Shown: positions 12,558 to 26,094, counted from the first letter of the whole stretch. The stretch: 63,215 nucleotides of DNA, filler included, from Octopus bimaculoides (GCF_001194135.2; 4 parts of 4 records of this genome joined end to end with filler, not necessarily neighbours in it), one strand, 5' to 3'. The notes: generated by a model from the sequence alone, not told the origin. Translations and numbers: made by a program.

Positions 12558-13062
12558 TGGGAGGGAGGTAAATATGAAAATATATATGGCCAAAAAGTAT
12601 GAGGAAAAAAATGGAGGGGTTAAAAATGAAATATATACAGGGTGAAAAAATATATATTGAGATGTCTTTGGATACACTGTAAATAGTTTTTGCAAAAGAA
12701 TTGCGTTTGTTGTCTTCGGTAAAAGAGGTGGGGTGGAAATCGGGAAGAATAATCATAGGTTAAATATCTGATGTGTTCTTTTGTAAGGTATCATGTGTTG
12801 TTGACAGGTATTGGCGATAGAACAGAATTTCTCTGACACTAAAATGGAGGGTAATAATTCATTGAGCCAGAAAAAAAAAATACAAAAAAAGAAGAAAAAA
12901 AAAATAGAAGTAAAATAACTTAACAACCAAAAAAATAAAATGAAACAAAACAAACAAAATTAAATAAAGAAAAATAAATTTAAAAGAAAAACTGTAACAT
13001 TTTGGTGTGGTATTATTTCAGCTAAGGAAAATGGTGCTAAATATCATAGCATCATATATGTT

Positions 13063-13096
<34 letters not shown>

Positions 13097-14117
13097 TACA
13101 TATATGTGTGTGTGTATTTATGTCTATCTATCTATCTATTTATCTATCTATGTCTGTGTGTATGTGTGTGTTGTGTAAATTACTTGCAGCAGTATTATAA
13201 AATTCCTGTCTTACCTTAGGTAGAGAAGATATGGTAAAAAAATAATAGTTGTAAGGATTTCTATCTTTGGTTGGCATGTAACCAAATGAACAACAAAAGT
13301 CAAGAAAAGAATATAATCGATTAAATTGATTTCCCAGTATATATCTGGTACATGATTTTGATAGCTTGATGCTGGTATTTATTGACTTATATACTTTTAG
13401 TGAAATATTTCATCATTTTCAGAGCAAGAAAGTTCAAATTAACTTGGGATACATTTAAAGTCAGAAAGTGAAAAAAAAAAAAAACCTACATGTTGTGAAA
13501 TAATGTGTTAATTAGTCTACCAATGTTTTCAGTAAAAAATGCATAATGAAACACACAATGATAATTAAAATGATGTAATTTAGAGAAATAATTCATGAAA
13601 AATTTGCTACCATACTTGCATTGGGCATTTCCCAATACCATTCACTTAGCAATATCTCAAACTGTGTTCAAGTGCTAGTAAATGCACCGGTAAGCATTTC
13701 TTGAAACATCTTGGACTGAAACATATCACTACATCGAAGTTATTCTATTTTAGGTGCAATAAAATATCTTAATTTTACTTTTACTTGCAGTCTACCTTTT
13801 ACATGTTGTTTATATTCTGTCATTTTAATGTTTTCAGAGATAACGTGGTACCAGATAGGCATAATTTTGTCTCTTAACTGCTTGTTTGATCTTCAAACAA
13901 TGGTAAATCTTAGGTTACCTTTGTCCTCTGCATCTTCTTCCTTATGTTTCTGAAGATGAATTTTGTTGTTATTTAGAAGTAACTGTTCCTCTTTGAATGT
14001 TTATGTGGATCATAGACAGTGTCACTATACAATGTAAAATGTTACATGGTAGAAAACATGGTAAAGAAAAAGTTACATGGGAGAGAAACATGGGCCTTGA
14101 ATGTGGAAGATATATAT

Positions 14118-14520
14118 AGGTGCAAGCATGGCTGTGTGGTAAGAATCTTGCTTCCCAACCGCATGATTCTGAGTTCATCAGTCCCACTGCATGGCACCTG
14201 AGGCAAGTGTCTTCTATTACGGCTTCAGACCAACCAAAACCTTGTGAGTGGATTTGGTAGACAAATACTGGAAAAAGCCCATTGTATATATATATATATA
14301 TTTCTGTGCGTGTCTCTGTGTTTGTTCCCCCGCCAGAGCTTGACAACTGATGCTAGTGTGTTTATGTCCTTTGTAACCTAGTGGTTCAAGCAAAAGGGAC
14401 CAATAGACTGTGCTAAGTTTACAAAGAATAAGTCCCAGGGTTGATTATTTCGACTAACACCTTTTAGGGCAGTGCTCCAGTATGGCCACAATCAAAGGAC
14501 TGAAGTGTATAAAAGAATAG
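14118..14520 (+). mobile_element. SINE family B, complete, CpG-decayed
   Basis: Head, internal (TA)n and 3' part ...gcagtgctccagtatggcc...aaaagaatag. Confidence 0.85.
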
Positions 14521-15239
14521 ACTAGAAAGAAATGAAAGAAGCATGTAATATCTGAAATGGCTGGTAACTAAGCAGAGAAGTGCTTGGTGGTTTCAGGTGG
14601 TTGGAACATTTGGAAGACAATAATAGTAAAATGGTGGTGGTGGTGGTGGTGGGGGTGAAGTGGTGAAAGAAGATGATTTTAAGAGACTGGAAGTCATGAA
14701 GGAGACAGAACATTCCATGCTCTGATGCCTAACGAATCTGAGTGTAGAAAAATGGATGTAAATCGATGATAATGATGATGATGTAAGTTGTGGTGATGAG
14801 GATGATGATGATGGTGGTGGTGGTGATGATGATGATGTAGGTGGTGGTGGTGATGATGGTGGTGGTGATTATGGTGATGAAGATGATGGTGATGATTGTA
14901 TGAACCATTTTATACACCTACATAGGTTTACCTTTCATATCATGAAATATGATCTATGTCAAGCCAATCGACCACATTGAGGGATACATTATATATCTAT
15001 ATCTATCTATCTATCTATACATACACACATATATATATATATATATGATGATATTTACTCCTGTATCTATATATGTGTGTTTATATATGTATGCATATTA
15101 TATATATATATATATATACATATGTATGTATATATATATATTATATATATCTATCTATCTATTATCTGTATCTATCTATCTATATAAATATATATATATT
15201 TGTGTATGTGTGTGTATATGTATGTATATGCATATATAA

Positions 15240-15920
15240 AATGATCACTGTGTCATACAGATAATAAGAGTTTTACAACCATCACTACCATCATATCATC
15301 ATTATCAACATCATTGCTATTAATATTATTACATTATTAATAGTGACAACAAAAACAAACACCGCCGTCACCACCACCATCACCAGCACCAGCACCACCA
15401 CCACCACCACAAATAACAACAACAACTGCAACAATATTAGTCAGCACAACAACACTTGCAATAATACAGAATGACAATAATGATAATAAAAATGACAATA
15501 ACAATAACAATAATAATAACAATAATCAATACAGTAATGATCATAATGAAGATGGTGTGTAGATGATAATATGATAGAAATATTAAAAGCTGTGATATTG
15601 ATAAAAATAATAATGACAATAAAACAAAAAATAAATAAATAAACATGATGATTAAAGTCATGCCGATAAGAATGATAAAATAATATCATCAGCAACATGA
15701 ACAACACTCATAATAATAATAATAGTAATAATAATAATTATAATAATAATAGTAGTAATAATAATAATTATAATAATAATAGTAGTAATAATAATAATGA
15801 TGATGATGATAATGATTCCGATAATAGTTATGATGATAATAATGATAACGATAATAATGATGATGATAAAAATAATAATGACGATGATAATAATTCTGAT
15901 GATGATGATGATGATGGTCA
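15240..15920. repeat. Compound trinucleotide microsatellite mosaic (ATC/AAC/ACC/AAT/ATG)
   Basis: Directly visible; source of the poly-N/D/I/M ORFs. Confidence 0.9.
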
Positions 15921-15956
15921 TGATCCTTTCCACAATGTTTTTTTTTGTATTTTCTT

Positions 15957-15995
<39 letters not shown>

Positions 15996-16356
15996 TTTAT
16001 TTGTTATAACTTTAATTATTTTTTTTTCTTTTTCGCAATATATAACTCAGGATATTACTTGTCGGAAAATACCTTTGATGTATACTATTTCATCGTAATT
16101 GTTAATTCCTGTTAGGTAAATAAATTTGAATATCTAACGACCGTTTCCTAAAGAAGGTGTTGGGCGGATTACGATGGCTTATGGAAGGATAAAGTAAAGG
16201 AGTATGTGTGTGTATGCATGTATACGTGTGAATGCATGTTTGTGTATGTGTTTGTGAATGTGTTTAGGTGAATATGTATGTATGCATCTATATATATATA
16301 TTTATATAAATGTATATATATATGTGTGTGTATACACGTATATATATATGAATTCA

Positions 16357-16423
<67 letters not shown>

Positions 16424-16738
16424 GCACACACATATGTATTGCATATATATATAAATATATGCATAAATGTATATGTATATAGATAAATATATGTATGCAT
16501 TTACATACATATATATATATACCAATCTATATACAAATATATATATATATATATACATACATACATGCATATATACATATGTGTGTGTGTATGTATGTAT
16601 GCACGCATGTATGTATGCATGCATATATGTATGTATGTGTATATATATGTATATATAATTTTATATGTATTCGTGTATGTTTAAAATACTTTGAAGCTAT
16701 TTCAATCGGCTGCAGGAAGGCCAATAGCAAAGTAGCAT

Positions 16739-16797
<59 letters not shown>

Positions 16798-17382
16798 CGT
16801 ATATGTATATCTATCTATCTATTTATCTATCTATATATCTATATCCACATCTATCATTTTCTCTCTATGTGTAGATGTATAGTCATAGATACACCTAAAT
16901 ATTTATAGTTTATTTCATTAACAAACAAAAACCAAATTAAAAATTATGTTGTTTGAACAACAACAAATAGCATACATCAAAACAACAAGACTAACAACAA
17001 CATCGTCGCCGCTGCTGCTGCCACCGCTACCACTATAACCACCACCGCCACCACCACCACAGATGAGAACAACTACATCAGCAACAGCAAAAATGACAAG
17101 ACTAATAAGAAAAATCAATTTTTGGTAAACCTGTTCTTATCTTTTAATCAATTACATTTTTTTTATTATTCATTTATTAATATTTTGTTTTGTGTATTTT
17201 TTACACCCTTTCACACCCACCTCTCTTATATTATTTTTTGTTTTTAAGAGAGACAGAAAAAAGCAATGACAAAAATTAATTAAACAAAACTGTAAATATG
17301 CGAAAAGGGAATTAACTGGGAAACAAAATGTGTGTGTGTGTGTGTGTGTACATATGTAAGTGTGTGTGTATATGTGTGTGTA

Positions 17383-17425
<43 letters not shown>

Positions 17426-17578
17426 TGTAAGTATGCATATATATACATTTATAAATATATACATAAATATATTTATAGACATAAATATATAAATACTAAT
17501 ATATGTATATATATTTATATACACATTTACATATGTGCACTACATATATATCTATATGCATACACACATATAGGAATA

Positions 17579-17624
<46 letters not shown>

Positions 17625-18206
17625 CATATATAGCTCACCTCTCATGAATATTAAACAGGTATCTAAAGAATAACAGAAAAATAGGGAAACAGGGATACAA
17701 TAATATCGAAATATAATCATATATTAAAATATGAAGAGACATAGTTAAAACAGTTTACAGAAAAATATTTAAAAAAAATTCAGAGGACTTTAGGGATTGA
17801 ACTCATGGATAACACACACACGCAAAGACACACATGTATGTATATATNNNNNNNNNNNNNNNNNNNNNNNNNNNNNNNNNNNNNNNNNNNNNNNNNNNNN
17901 NNNNNNNNNNNNNNNNNNNNNNNNNNNNNNNNNNNNNNNNNNNNNNNNNNNNNNNNNNNNNNNNNNNNNNNNNNNNNNNNNNNNNNNNNNNNNNNNNNNN
18001 NNNNNNNNNNNNNNNNNNNNNNNNNNNNNNNNNNNNNNNNNNNNNNNNNNNNNNNNNNNNNNNNNNNNNNNNNNNNNNNNNNNNNNNNNNNNNNNNNNNN
18101 NNNNNNNNNNNNNNNNNNNNNNNNNNNNNNNNNNNNNNNNNNNNNNNNNNNNNNNNNNNNNNNNNNNNNNNNNNNNNNNNNNNNNNNNNNNNNNNNNNNN
18201 NNNNTA

Positions 18207-18244
<38 letters not shown>

Positions 18245-18457
18245 ATTAAATAATGAGGGTAGAAATTTATATCAATCAATTAACATCAATTTAAACCAGT
18301 GGTATAGCATATTCAAAAAAATTTGAAGATTTAAAAATTATATTACAATAAATAAGAGGAATGACCACTAAAGTGGATTCCTATACGCTAGAGATAGATG
18401 TCAAATCGCCTTACCATGAAGTGTGTATATATATATATATTATATGTATATAGATAT

Positions 18458-18905
18458 ATAGTGAAAGGCAGATTGTATGTTACCTGTGTACATAATACAG
18501 CTATGTTATATGCCAGTGAAATATTGGCTTTGATTACAAAGAACTTGCAAAAGCTTGAAAGAAATGAAGTTAGTATGCTCAGGCATATGGATAATGTTAA
18601 TATGCATGCACGGCAGATTGTAAATGATTTAAGAGGCAAACTAGGTATAAGAGGCATCAAATGCTGTGTGCAAGGGAGAAGACTGTGCTGGTTTGGTCAT
18701 GTGATGTGTATGGATGAGGACAGCTGCATAAAGAAGTGCCAAGCACTAATTATAGAGGGAACCTGTAGAAGGGGTAGAGCCAAGAAGACATGGGTTGAAA
18801 TGGTGAGAAAGGATCTTTGGATGCTTGGCTTCACTGAGAAAATGACAAGGGACTGGGAGTTGTGGTGATTTGCTGTACTTGAGATGACACATCAAGCTAA
18901 GTAAA
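18458..18905 (+). pseudogene. RTE-clade LINE ORF2 C-terminal remnant
   Basis: KGRLYVTCVH..MLYASE..LERNEVSMLR..RRLCWFGHVMCM..GTCRRGRAKKTW.EMVRKDL..MTRDWELW matches the typical RTE C-terminus. Confidence 0.85.
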
Positions 18906-19259
18906 ATCGCTGTACTTGGGTCAATGTAATCAACTTTCCCTGTCCCCTGAACTTGCTGGCCTTGTGCCAAAATTTGAAACTGGTATTACTATTTTGTATT
19001 CATGTTGTAGTTATTGTTGATACGAATGTTTGATGTTGTTGTTACCATTTGCTGTTGTTGTTGTCATCAGTATTCAAGGGGTTCAGTGATTTAAGGTGCC
19101 AGAGACTATTAGGGTTTTTAAAGAGCTTTTAACTTTGACGAGAATGCTGTTCGTTTAAATTGATCCATACATGCAAAGAGGCAGGCATTTATCATCGGTG
19201 ATCAATGAAGCTGTGACATCTTGCCGAGGGAAATAAGTGAGACAGAAGTGAATGACAAA

Positions 19260-19875
19260 CAACTAAAAATCAACAACAACAACATCAACACGACCACCGC
19301 CACCAACAAGAAAAACAATAACAATATCACTCTCACTGGCACCACCATCACCGCAACCACAACTACTACTACCACCACCACCACTAACACCACAGCCGCT
19401 ACCACCGCCTAGGACCACAACAACAACAACAGTAAAAGAAACATCATCAGTGTCAACAGTAGCAAAAATAATCAACATTGATGACAACAACAACAACAAA
19501 CAACACTATATAATCAGCAACAACAAGAATAATCACAATGTTGAAAACGACATTAAGAAGGACTGCACTTTCATCATCATCGTTGTCATCGTCGTTATCA
19601 TCGTCATCATTGCTGTTGTCATCTGCATCCTCATCATCATCATCAACATCATCTTCATCAGCAGAAGCAGCTGCAATGGCAGTAGCATCACTCCCACCAC
19701 CATTACCAACATCATCACCATCATCATCATAATCCCCATTACCATCATCATCATCACCACCACCATCATGATGATGATCATCATCACCATTACCATCATC
19801 ATCATCATCATCACCACTACCACCATGATGATGATGATCATCATCATCATCATCATCACCACCATGATGATGATG

Positions 19876-19907
<32 letters not shown>

Positions 19908-20150
19908 TGTCGTCTTCATCATCCTCATCATGATCATCATACTCATCATCATCATAAGTCACATCATCACCATCATCATCATCATCATAAGCCGCAGCAG
20001 CAGCAACAATAATAGCAACATCATTGTCATTGCCATTGTCATAAACATCACTACTATCATCACCACAACAACCAGAATCATCCCCAATATCACCTCTACC
20101 TCCACCACCACAAACAATCTACAAAAAACAACAATATCAACAACAGCGTG
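19260..20150. repeat. Compound trinucleotide mosaic (AAC/ACC/ATC/ATG)
   Basis: Directly visible. Confidence 0.9.
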
Positions 20151-20187
20151 AATAAATTAAGAAATTAATTCCAAAATTTGTGAATGA

Positions 20188-20230
<43 letters not shown>

Positions 20231-20324
20231 CACACAAACACACATATTATATATATGTATATATGTATATATATACATATATACTCGGTGATAATGTCTT
20301 ACGTTTAAGATGGTTCCCATACAT

Positions 20325-20408
20325 TTCCCTGAGGAGAGGTTTACATTTTTAACATCGACGGTTCCTATGGATCGCATAAATTGTAATTCTTCGAAACATA
20401 TGTCGGAA
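20325..20408 (+). ncRNA. Type I hammerhead ribozyme fold, canonical core, enlarged stem II
   Basis: Stem I UUCC(20325-28)/GGAA(20405-08); CUGAGGA 20329-35; stem II GAGG.../...CUUC around a long insert; GAAA 20393-96; stem III AC-AUAU-GU (palindromic ACAUAUGU); cleavage triplet GUC 20402-04. Confidence 0.65.
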
Positions 20409-20409
20409 T

Positions 20410-20509
20410 NNNNNNNNNNNNNNNNNNNNNNNNNNNNNNNNNNNNNNNNNNNNTTAATTAATTAANNNNNNNNNNNNNNNNNNNNNNNNNNNNNNNNNNN
20501 NNNNNNNNN
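20410..20509. other. Artificial 100-bp scaffold linker (N44-TTAATTAATTAA-N44)
   Basis: Exact same structure occurs three times; TTAATTAATTAA gives stops in all six frames. Confidence 0.95.
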
Positions 20510-20557
<48 letters not shown>

Positions 20558-21249
20558 TGGTGTACTGGAACAGTTTCCCCCTTCTTTTTCCTTCCTACAA
20601 AATAACATAAGTGATTACCACGCAACCAAGAACTGGGTGATTCTTGTCCATTCACGAACAGTGTATTTTGTTAATAGGCCCACAGGCCCATAATTTATTT
20701 ATGGTACAGTACATCTGGCTGTATGTGGGGTACTACACAGTAGTTTAGTTCACAACTGCAAGCGCATAGGGTACTATACAATGTTATACTTCACTGCTGC
20801 AAGAATAGGTGCTATGTGATGGTTAAGTTCACTGGGTGGTGAATGATGGTGAATGATGGTGAATGAAATGGAAAATAAAACTGAATTAAATTAAAATAAA
20901 ACAAGCCAAAAATACACGATAAGAAAGGGAGTAAAATTGTAGATGATAGTTTGTTACATATTGATTTCTTTTGATTGAATATTTTTTGACTACATATGTC
21001 GTCAGTTTTTTTTTTTTTTTGTATTGATTGTGGCGAGTATCAGTAAATTTGTGGTCAGTTTTTGACTGGATGTGTGGCCAGTTTTTTAAGTACACAAAGA
21101 TAGATGATCAGTTTTTGAGTATGGTTAGTTATTGACTGGATATGTGGTCAGTGTTTGACTGGAAGAGTCAATTGTGATTGAACAGATGATCGATTTTTGA
21201 CATGATATACATAGTCAATCTTGTACTCGTTTAACCTTTTTTGGATATG

Positions 21250-21291
<42 letters not shown>

Positions 21292-22309
21292 CTTAAAATC
21301 GTGATTCTACTGAACGTGCAGTAACTTTTTGTCCTCATATTATTTACTGAGTATATGACAAGTTTTTATTAAAGTGGGTGTTTAGTAATTAAGTTTCAAC
21401 CTTGATGTATAACAATGATGGACTTTTCATCAACAGTTTTTGTTGCCAAATTTTTCTTTGATAGATTTTCCATTGCCAACTTTAGTGTTGCTGGTACTTT
21501 TCACTGACAAACTTTTCCATTTATAGAGTTTTCACAGCCAGACATTTTGTCTCCAAAATTTCCATTGCCATGCTTTTTCACCAACACACTTTACATCATC
21601 AAATGTTCCATTACTTGATTAATATACTGTAATCCATATTTTCTGTTTTCTTTGTTTTCTTTGGTAAAAGAACATTGTTTTTCCAGTAAAATATATTTCA
21701 GTTATTTGAAAAAAAAAAAGGCTTATTTTGTATTAAATTCATTTTCATTTGAATAGGAAAAAAAAAAAAATTTGTTTGATGACTGAATGTCTGGGCCTGA
21801 AACATGTGACCACAATTTTTATGACCCAAGAAAGAATTGGATGAGACAGCACAAAATTTATTTGTCATTCACAATGTAAATGTGTGTGAGTGTGTTTGAG
21901 TGAATTTGCATGGAGGTGTGCTAACCTCATCTGCACAAAACAGTATGTGGTGAGCCTTTCTATGCAAGTGTGTGTGAATGTGAGTAACCTACCTGTGTGT
22001 ATGTATATGTGAGTATATTATGTGTGTGGTCACTTGTAATGAGCAAATATTTATTAAAAAAACCTACAACACAAAATCTACAAATAAACAAAAATATGTA
22101 AACATTTTTTTGAGCAATTATCTGAGATTTCTTGAATTTTGAGGTGCTAGGGATGGCATGGCATTGGGTGTGGTCAATAAGAGTGGGTACATCTTTATCA
22201 TCATCATCATCATTTATTATTATTATTATAGATGTTTCCAACCTAGTTTGGATTTTTTGCCATCAAATTTGATGGCAAAGAATCCAAACTAGGTCGAAAA
22301 CATCTATAT

Positions 22310-22442
22310 TATTTGAGTTCAAATTCCATTGATGTTGGCTTTGCCTTTCATGCCTTCATGGTCAATAAAATATGTACCAGTTGAGCACTGGGATTGATGT
22401 AATTAACTAGCCCCAAATCCTACAAAAATTTCAGGCATTGTA
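22310..22442 (+). mobile_element. SINE family A (5'-truncated), ending in (ATT)n
   Basis: Body and tail match. Confidence 0.75.
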
Positions 22443-22730
22443 TCATTATTATTATTATTATTATTTATTAAAATTCACAGCTTACTTTGCTGGGTATGAT
22501 GGAAAGTGTCAGATGTCCACAGCCAGCAGACTAAGGTGACACTTGTTTTACTGGTCATGCTTCAAGAACCCTTCGAAGAATTCTTGCAGTTCCAAGTAAT
22601 GCTGATTTTTGTTGGCATTCTACCTTCACATTTGCACCGATTTTTTTCAGCCATGCTGGTAGTTGAGTGCTGATACTTTCAAGTGCACCAGTTACTATTG
22701 GTGTCACGTCTACTCTCTGCATTGACCACT
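22443..22730 (-). mobile_element. R4/Dong-clade non-LTR retrotransposon 3' end with (TAA)n tail
   Basis: Minus 22728-22555 translates WSMQRVDVTPIVTGALESISTQLPAWLKKIGANVKVECQQKSALLGTARILRRVLEA*, the C-terminal signature of R4/Dong restriction-like-endonuclease elements; short 3' UTR then (TAA)n. Confidence 0.8.
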
Positions 22731-22742
22731 ATTATCTTAGTG

Positions 22743-22945
22743 ATAAGCTGGCAGAAACGTTTGCATGCTGGACGAAATGCTTAGTGGTATTTCATCTGTC
22801 TTTACATTCTGAATTCAAATTTTGTCAAGGCCTTTAATTCTTTCGGGGTTGTTAAGTTAAGTACCAGTTGTGTACTGGGGTCGATCTAATCAACTGGCCC
22901 CCATCCTCCAAAATTTTGGGCCTTGTGACTAGAGTAGAAAAGATT
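22743..22945 (+). mobile_element. SINE family A
   Basis: Full match, (ATT)n tail. Confidence 0.8.
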
Positions 22946-24169
22946 ATTATTATTAATTTTTCAAAAATATCTTTGCTTCTCTAAAATAGAGCAGATGCCC
23001 ATTAAGAGACAGATTTATCACAGCTGAAATGGTTTTGACCATAAGTCTGCTTGATCAGAGCTGGCCTGAGGTTAAACAACAACAAAACCAATTGTAATGG
23101 CCCATTGAGGACACCTATACATGGTCGCTCAACATGCTAGAAATAGCAACCAAGTCTCCACTCAAATCCCACCTTAACATCTTGAGAGGAGGAAGAGCAC
23201 ATCTTAGGATAATGTTCCTAGATACCCTAAAGAGACAGACATTCCAATCAGGACCATCCTTTGTTAGGTGGTCTTTTTTTCTTGATCAGGATTGATCTGG
23301 GACTACCTTCACTTACTAACATTGTACATCAATTTAACTAACAAGCTGTGTCTTCTCTCTTTCTCTCTCCTTCTGTGTTTCCTCTCCTACCTCTGCCACA
23401 ACAGCTTCTGTTCATCTGAATGTGTTGTACCTATGTTGGTCTACTCTGTTGTTTGGAAAGAGGAGGAGGAGGGAGGGATTGTGGAAGTAGAGAGCTATAC
23501 ATGTAAGCATGCAAAGTTTCGTGTCCTAATATCACTTAATATCATCTGAAAGAGATGACAGTCATCAAATTTACCATCTATCTCTTGGGTAAAATCATTG
23601 ATAAACAGAAATGCCAATAGTACTCCAGAGACTGGTTTAATAAAGCTATCACATCTATAAAGGTATCACAATGAAAAGAAAAAGAAAAACAACAAACAAC
23701 TGGTCCTCAACTAGGCCTTCTGTCAGTATCTTCTGCAAAAATGGTCTTGATTGTCATTGTGACGAGAAATATCTTTGGCATTAAAAGCTAATGAGGAAGT
23801 CTCTATGCAGTCACTTGGCCAGCAAGAGATAGCAACTAAATTTCCTTCAAATCACAGCTTATCATTTAAATAAAATGTACATTGGAGAATGTGGTCTTAG
23901 GTACATTGTGCCAAGAAAAAAATATGTATAACCATAAGACTATTCAATGAGCATTGGTCTAGTGCTAAACTAGACCAATGCTCATGGTCTTGTGACCACT
24001 TGACATTAAACATGAAGACCTGATGTTTGTTGGGGAGAAGAGAGAGTGGAAGGTTCAAATCTTTCCCAAATGTATTAACAATATCCAGAGAGAGATTTGA
24101 AATCTAGTTGCAGTTTCTGCTCTCCTTGAGTTTAGCCTCCCGCTCTATAAAGGGTGACGCAGTATTAAC

Positions 24170-24894
24170 AATAATAATAATAATCCTTTCTACTATAGGC
24201 ACAAAGCCTGAAATTTGGGTGGAAGGGGTTAGTCGATTACATCGACCCCAGTGTTTCACTGGTACTTAATTTATCAAAGACAAAGTTGACCTTGGTGGAA
24301 TTTGAACTCAGAATGTAAAGATGGACAAAGTCCCTAGTGGCATTTTGTCCAGTGTGCTAATGATTCTATCAGCTTATCACCTTAATTAATAATGGTTTCA
24401 AATTTTGGCACCAGGCCAGCAATTTTGGGGTTGGGGTTAAGTCAATTATATCTATCTCAATGCTCAGCTGGTACTTATTTTACTGACTCCCAAGAGGGTG
24501 AAAAGCAAAGTTGGCCTTGGTAGAAATTGAACACAGAATGTAAGGCTAGAAGATATGCCAATAAGCATCTTATCTGATGCTGACCAATTCTATCCTTTTG
24601 CTGCCTTTATAATAATAATAATAATAATAACAATAATAATAATAATAATAATAATAATCCTTATTACTATAGGCACAAGGCCTGAAATCTGGGAGAGGGG
24701 ATAGTTGATTATGTCAACCCCAGTGCTTGACTGGTACTTATTTTATCAACCCCAAAATGATGAAAGGCAAAGCCAACTCAGCAGAATTTGAACTCAGAAC
24801 ATAGTGATGAGCAAAATACTGCTAAGCATTTCATTCAACATGCTAACAATTCTGCAAACTCACTGCCTTAATAATAATAATAATAATAATAATG

Positions 24895-24925
<31 letters not shown>

Positions 24926-25130
24926 TAATTCTTTCTAATTTTGGTACCAGGTCAGCTGTTTTGAGAGGCTGGGTGTTAATTGATACCATTGATTTGAGTG
25001 CTTTACAGGTACTTTATTTTATTGACTGTGGAGGGAAGAAAGGCAAAAATTGACCCTAGCAGGAATTGAACTCAGAATGTATACCACAAGGCATTTTGTA
25101 CAATGCTCTAACAATTCTGCCAATCCAGAC
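24170..25130 (-). mobile_element. Head-to-tail stack of four SINE family A copies separated by AT-rich/(AAT)n tails
   Basis: Copies at about 24185-24385, 24390-24610, 24655-24870 and 24925-25130, all on the minus strand. Confidence 0.75.
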
Positions 25131-25176
25131 ACCCATTAGTTTTTTTTTTGCCTGGTTTTAGTGAAGGCTATTTTAT

Positions 25177-25207
<31 letters not shown>

Positions 25208-25375
25208 CAGTAGTAGCAGTAGCAGCAGCAGCAGCAGCAGTCAGCTGTGCAAGGATGAAGTTTCCATTTTGATATTTACAGTTTACAGTCTTGCACTTTG
25301 AATCCTCAAAACAGGATCACTTGATAAATTACACTTGGAATTTTCTTCTTACTATATTCATTATCTGAAATGATG

Positions 25376-25482
<107 letters not shown>

Positions 25483-25859
25483 CAACAGCAACAACAACAA
25501 CAACAATGAAAACAACAGCAACAGCAACAGCATTAAAAATAATCCTTTCTATTATAGGCACAAAGCCTGAAATGTGTGAGGGGTAAGGTAAGTCGATTGT
25601 ATTAATCCCATTGCTCAACTGATAATTACTTTACTGACCCTGAAAGGATGAAAGGTAAAGTTGACTTTGGTGGAACTTGAAATCAGAACATAATTGTCCA
25701 ACTCATGCCAGCATGGAAAACGGATGTTAAATGATGATGATGACACTCTGTACAATCCTTTACACTTTGTGGGAACCCTTAGTGATTATCATCATCATAA
25801 GCATCATCAGCATCATTATTATTACTATTATATGCTTGACTTTAATAAAGTTAGGTCAA

Positions 25860-26050
25860 GTTATTGCTATGACTAAGGTGCCATATATTTGGTTTTGCAC
25901 AAAGTATTGTTCTAGAGAATATATGGCACCCTAGTCATAACACCAACTTGACCTTCTAACTTGTTGTCCCTTGAGGTCTCTGGGTGAGACTTGGAATCAA
26001 CTTGCACAAACACAAAACAAAAGTCAAACATATAATAGTAATAATAACGA
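25860..26050 (+). mobile_element. Probable 3' UTR of a second R4/Dong-like LINE family, with (TAA)n tail
   Basis: ...ttgttgtcccttgaggtctctgggtgagacttggaatcaacttg...aaaagtcaaacatataatagtaataat; clade assignment is inference from the tail and the neighbouring RT fragment. Confidence 0.35.
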
Positions 26051-26094
26051 TGATGACTATGATGATGATAATCACTTATTTACCAATAATTTTT

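Noticed and set aside
3770-14010. Scattered LRR-like peptides on the minus strand (YFSLAENGL, LKIKNNRLQSI, EQLLLNNNKI) as one LRR gene
   Set aside because: The motifs are short, Asn/Leu/Ile-rich strings arise easily in AT-rich DNA, and splice sites and downstream residues do not give a coherent LRR protein.
18250-18320. Degenerate hammerhead (aaaccagtggta-tagcat)
   Set aside because: G12 and the CUGA box are absent, and the 5' stem is replaced by a TA tract.
20454-20465. TTAATTAATTAA as a homeodomain site or piggyBac footprint
   Set aside because: It is embedded in fixed-length N runs three times, so it is an assembly linker.
3530-25370. Similarity between LNIIVRRQFQLL (about 3545) and MNIVRRKFQV (about 25345) as paralogous exons
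   Set aside because: A 15-of-17-nt match is expected by chance among many candidates in AT-rich sequence.
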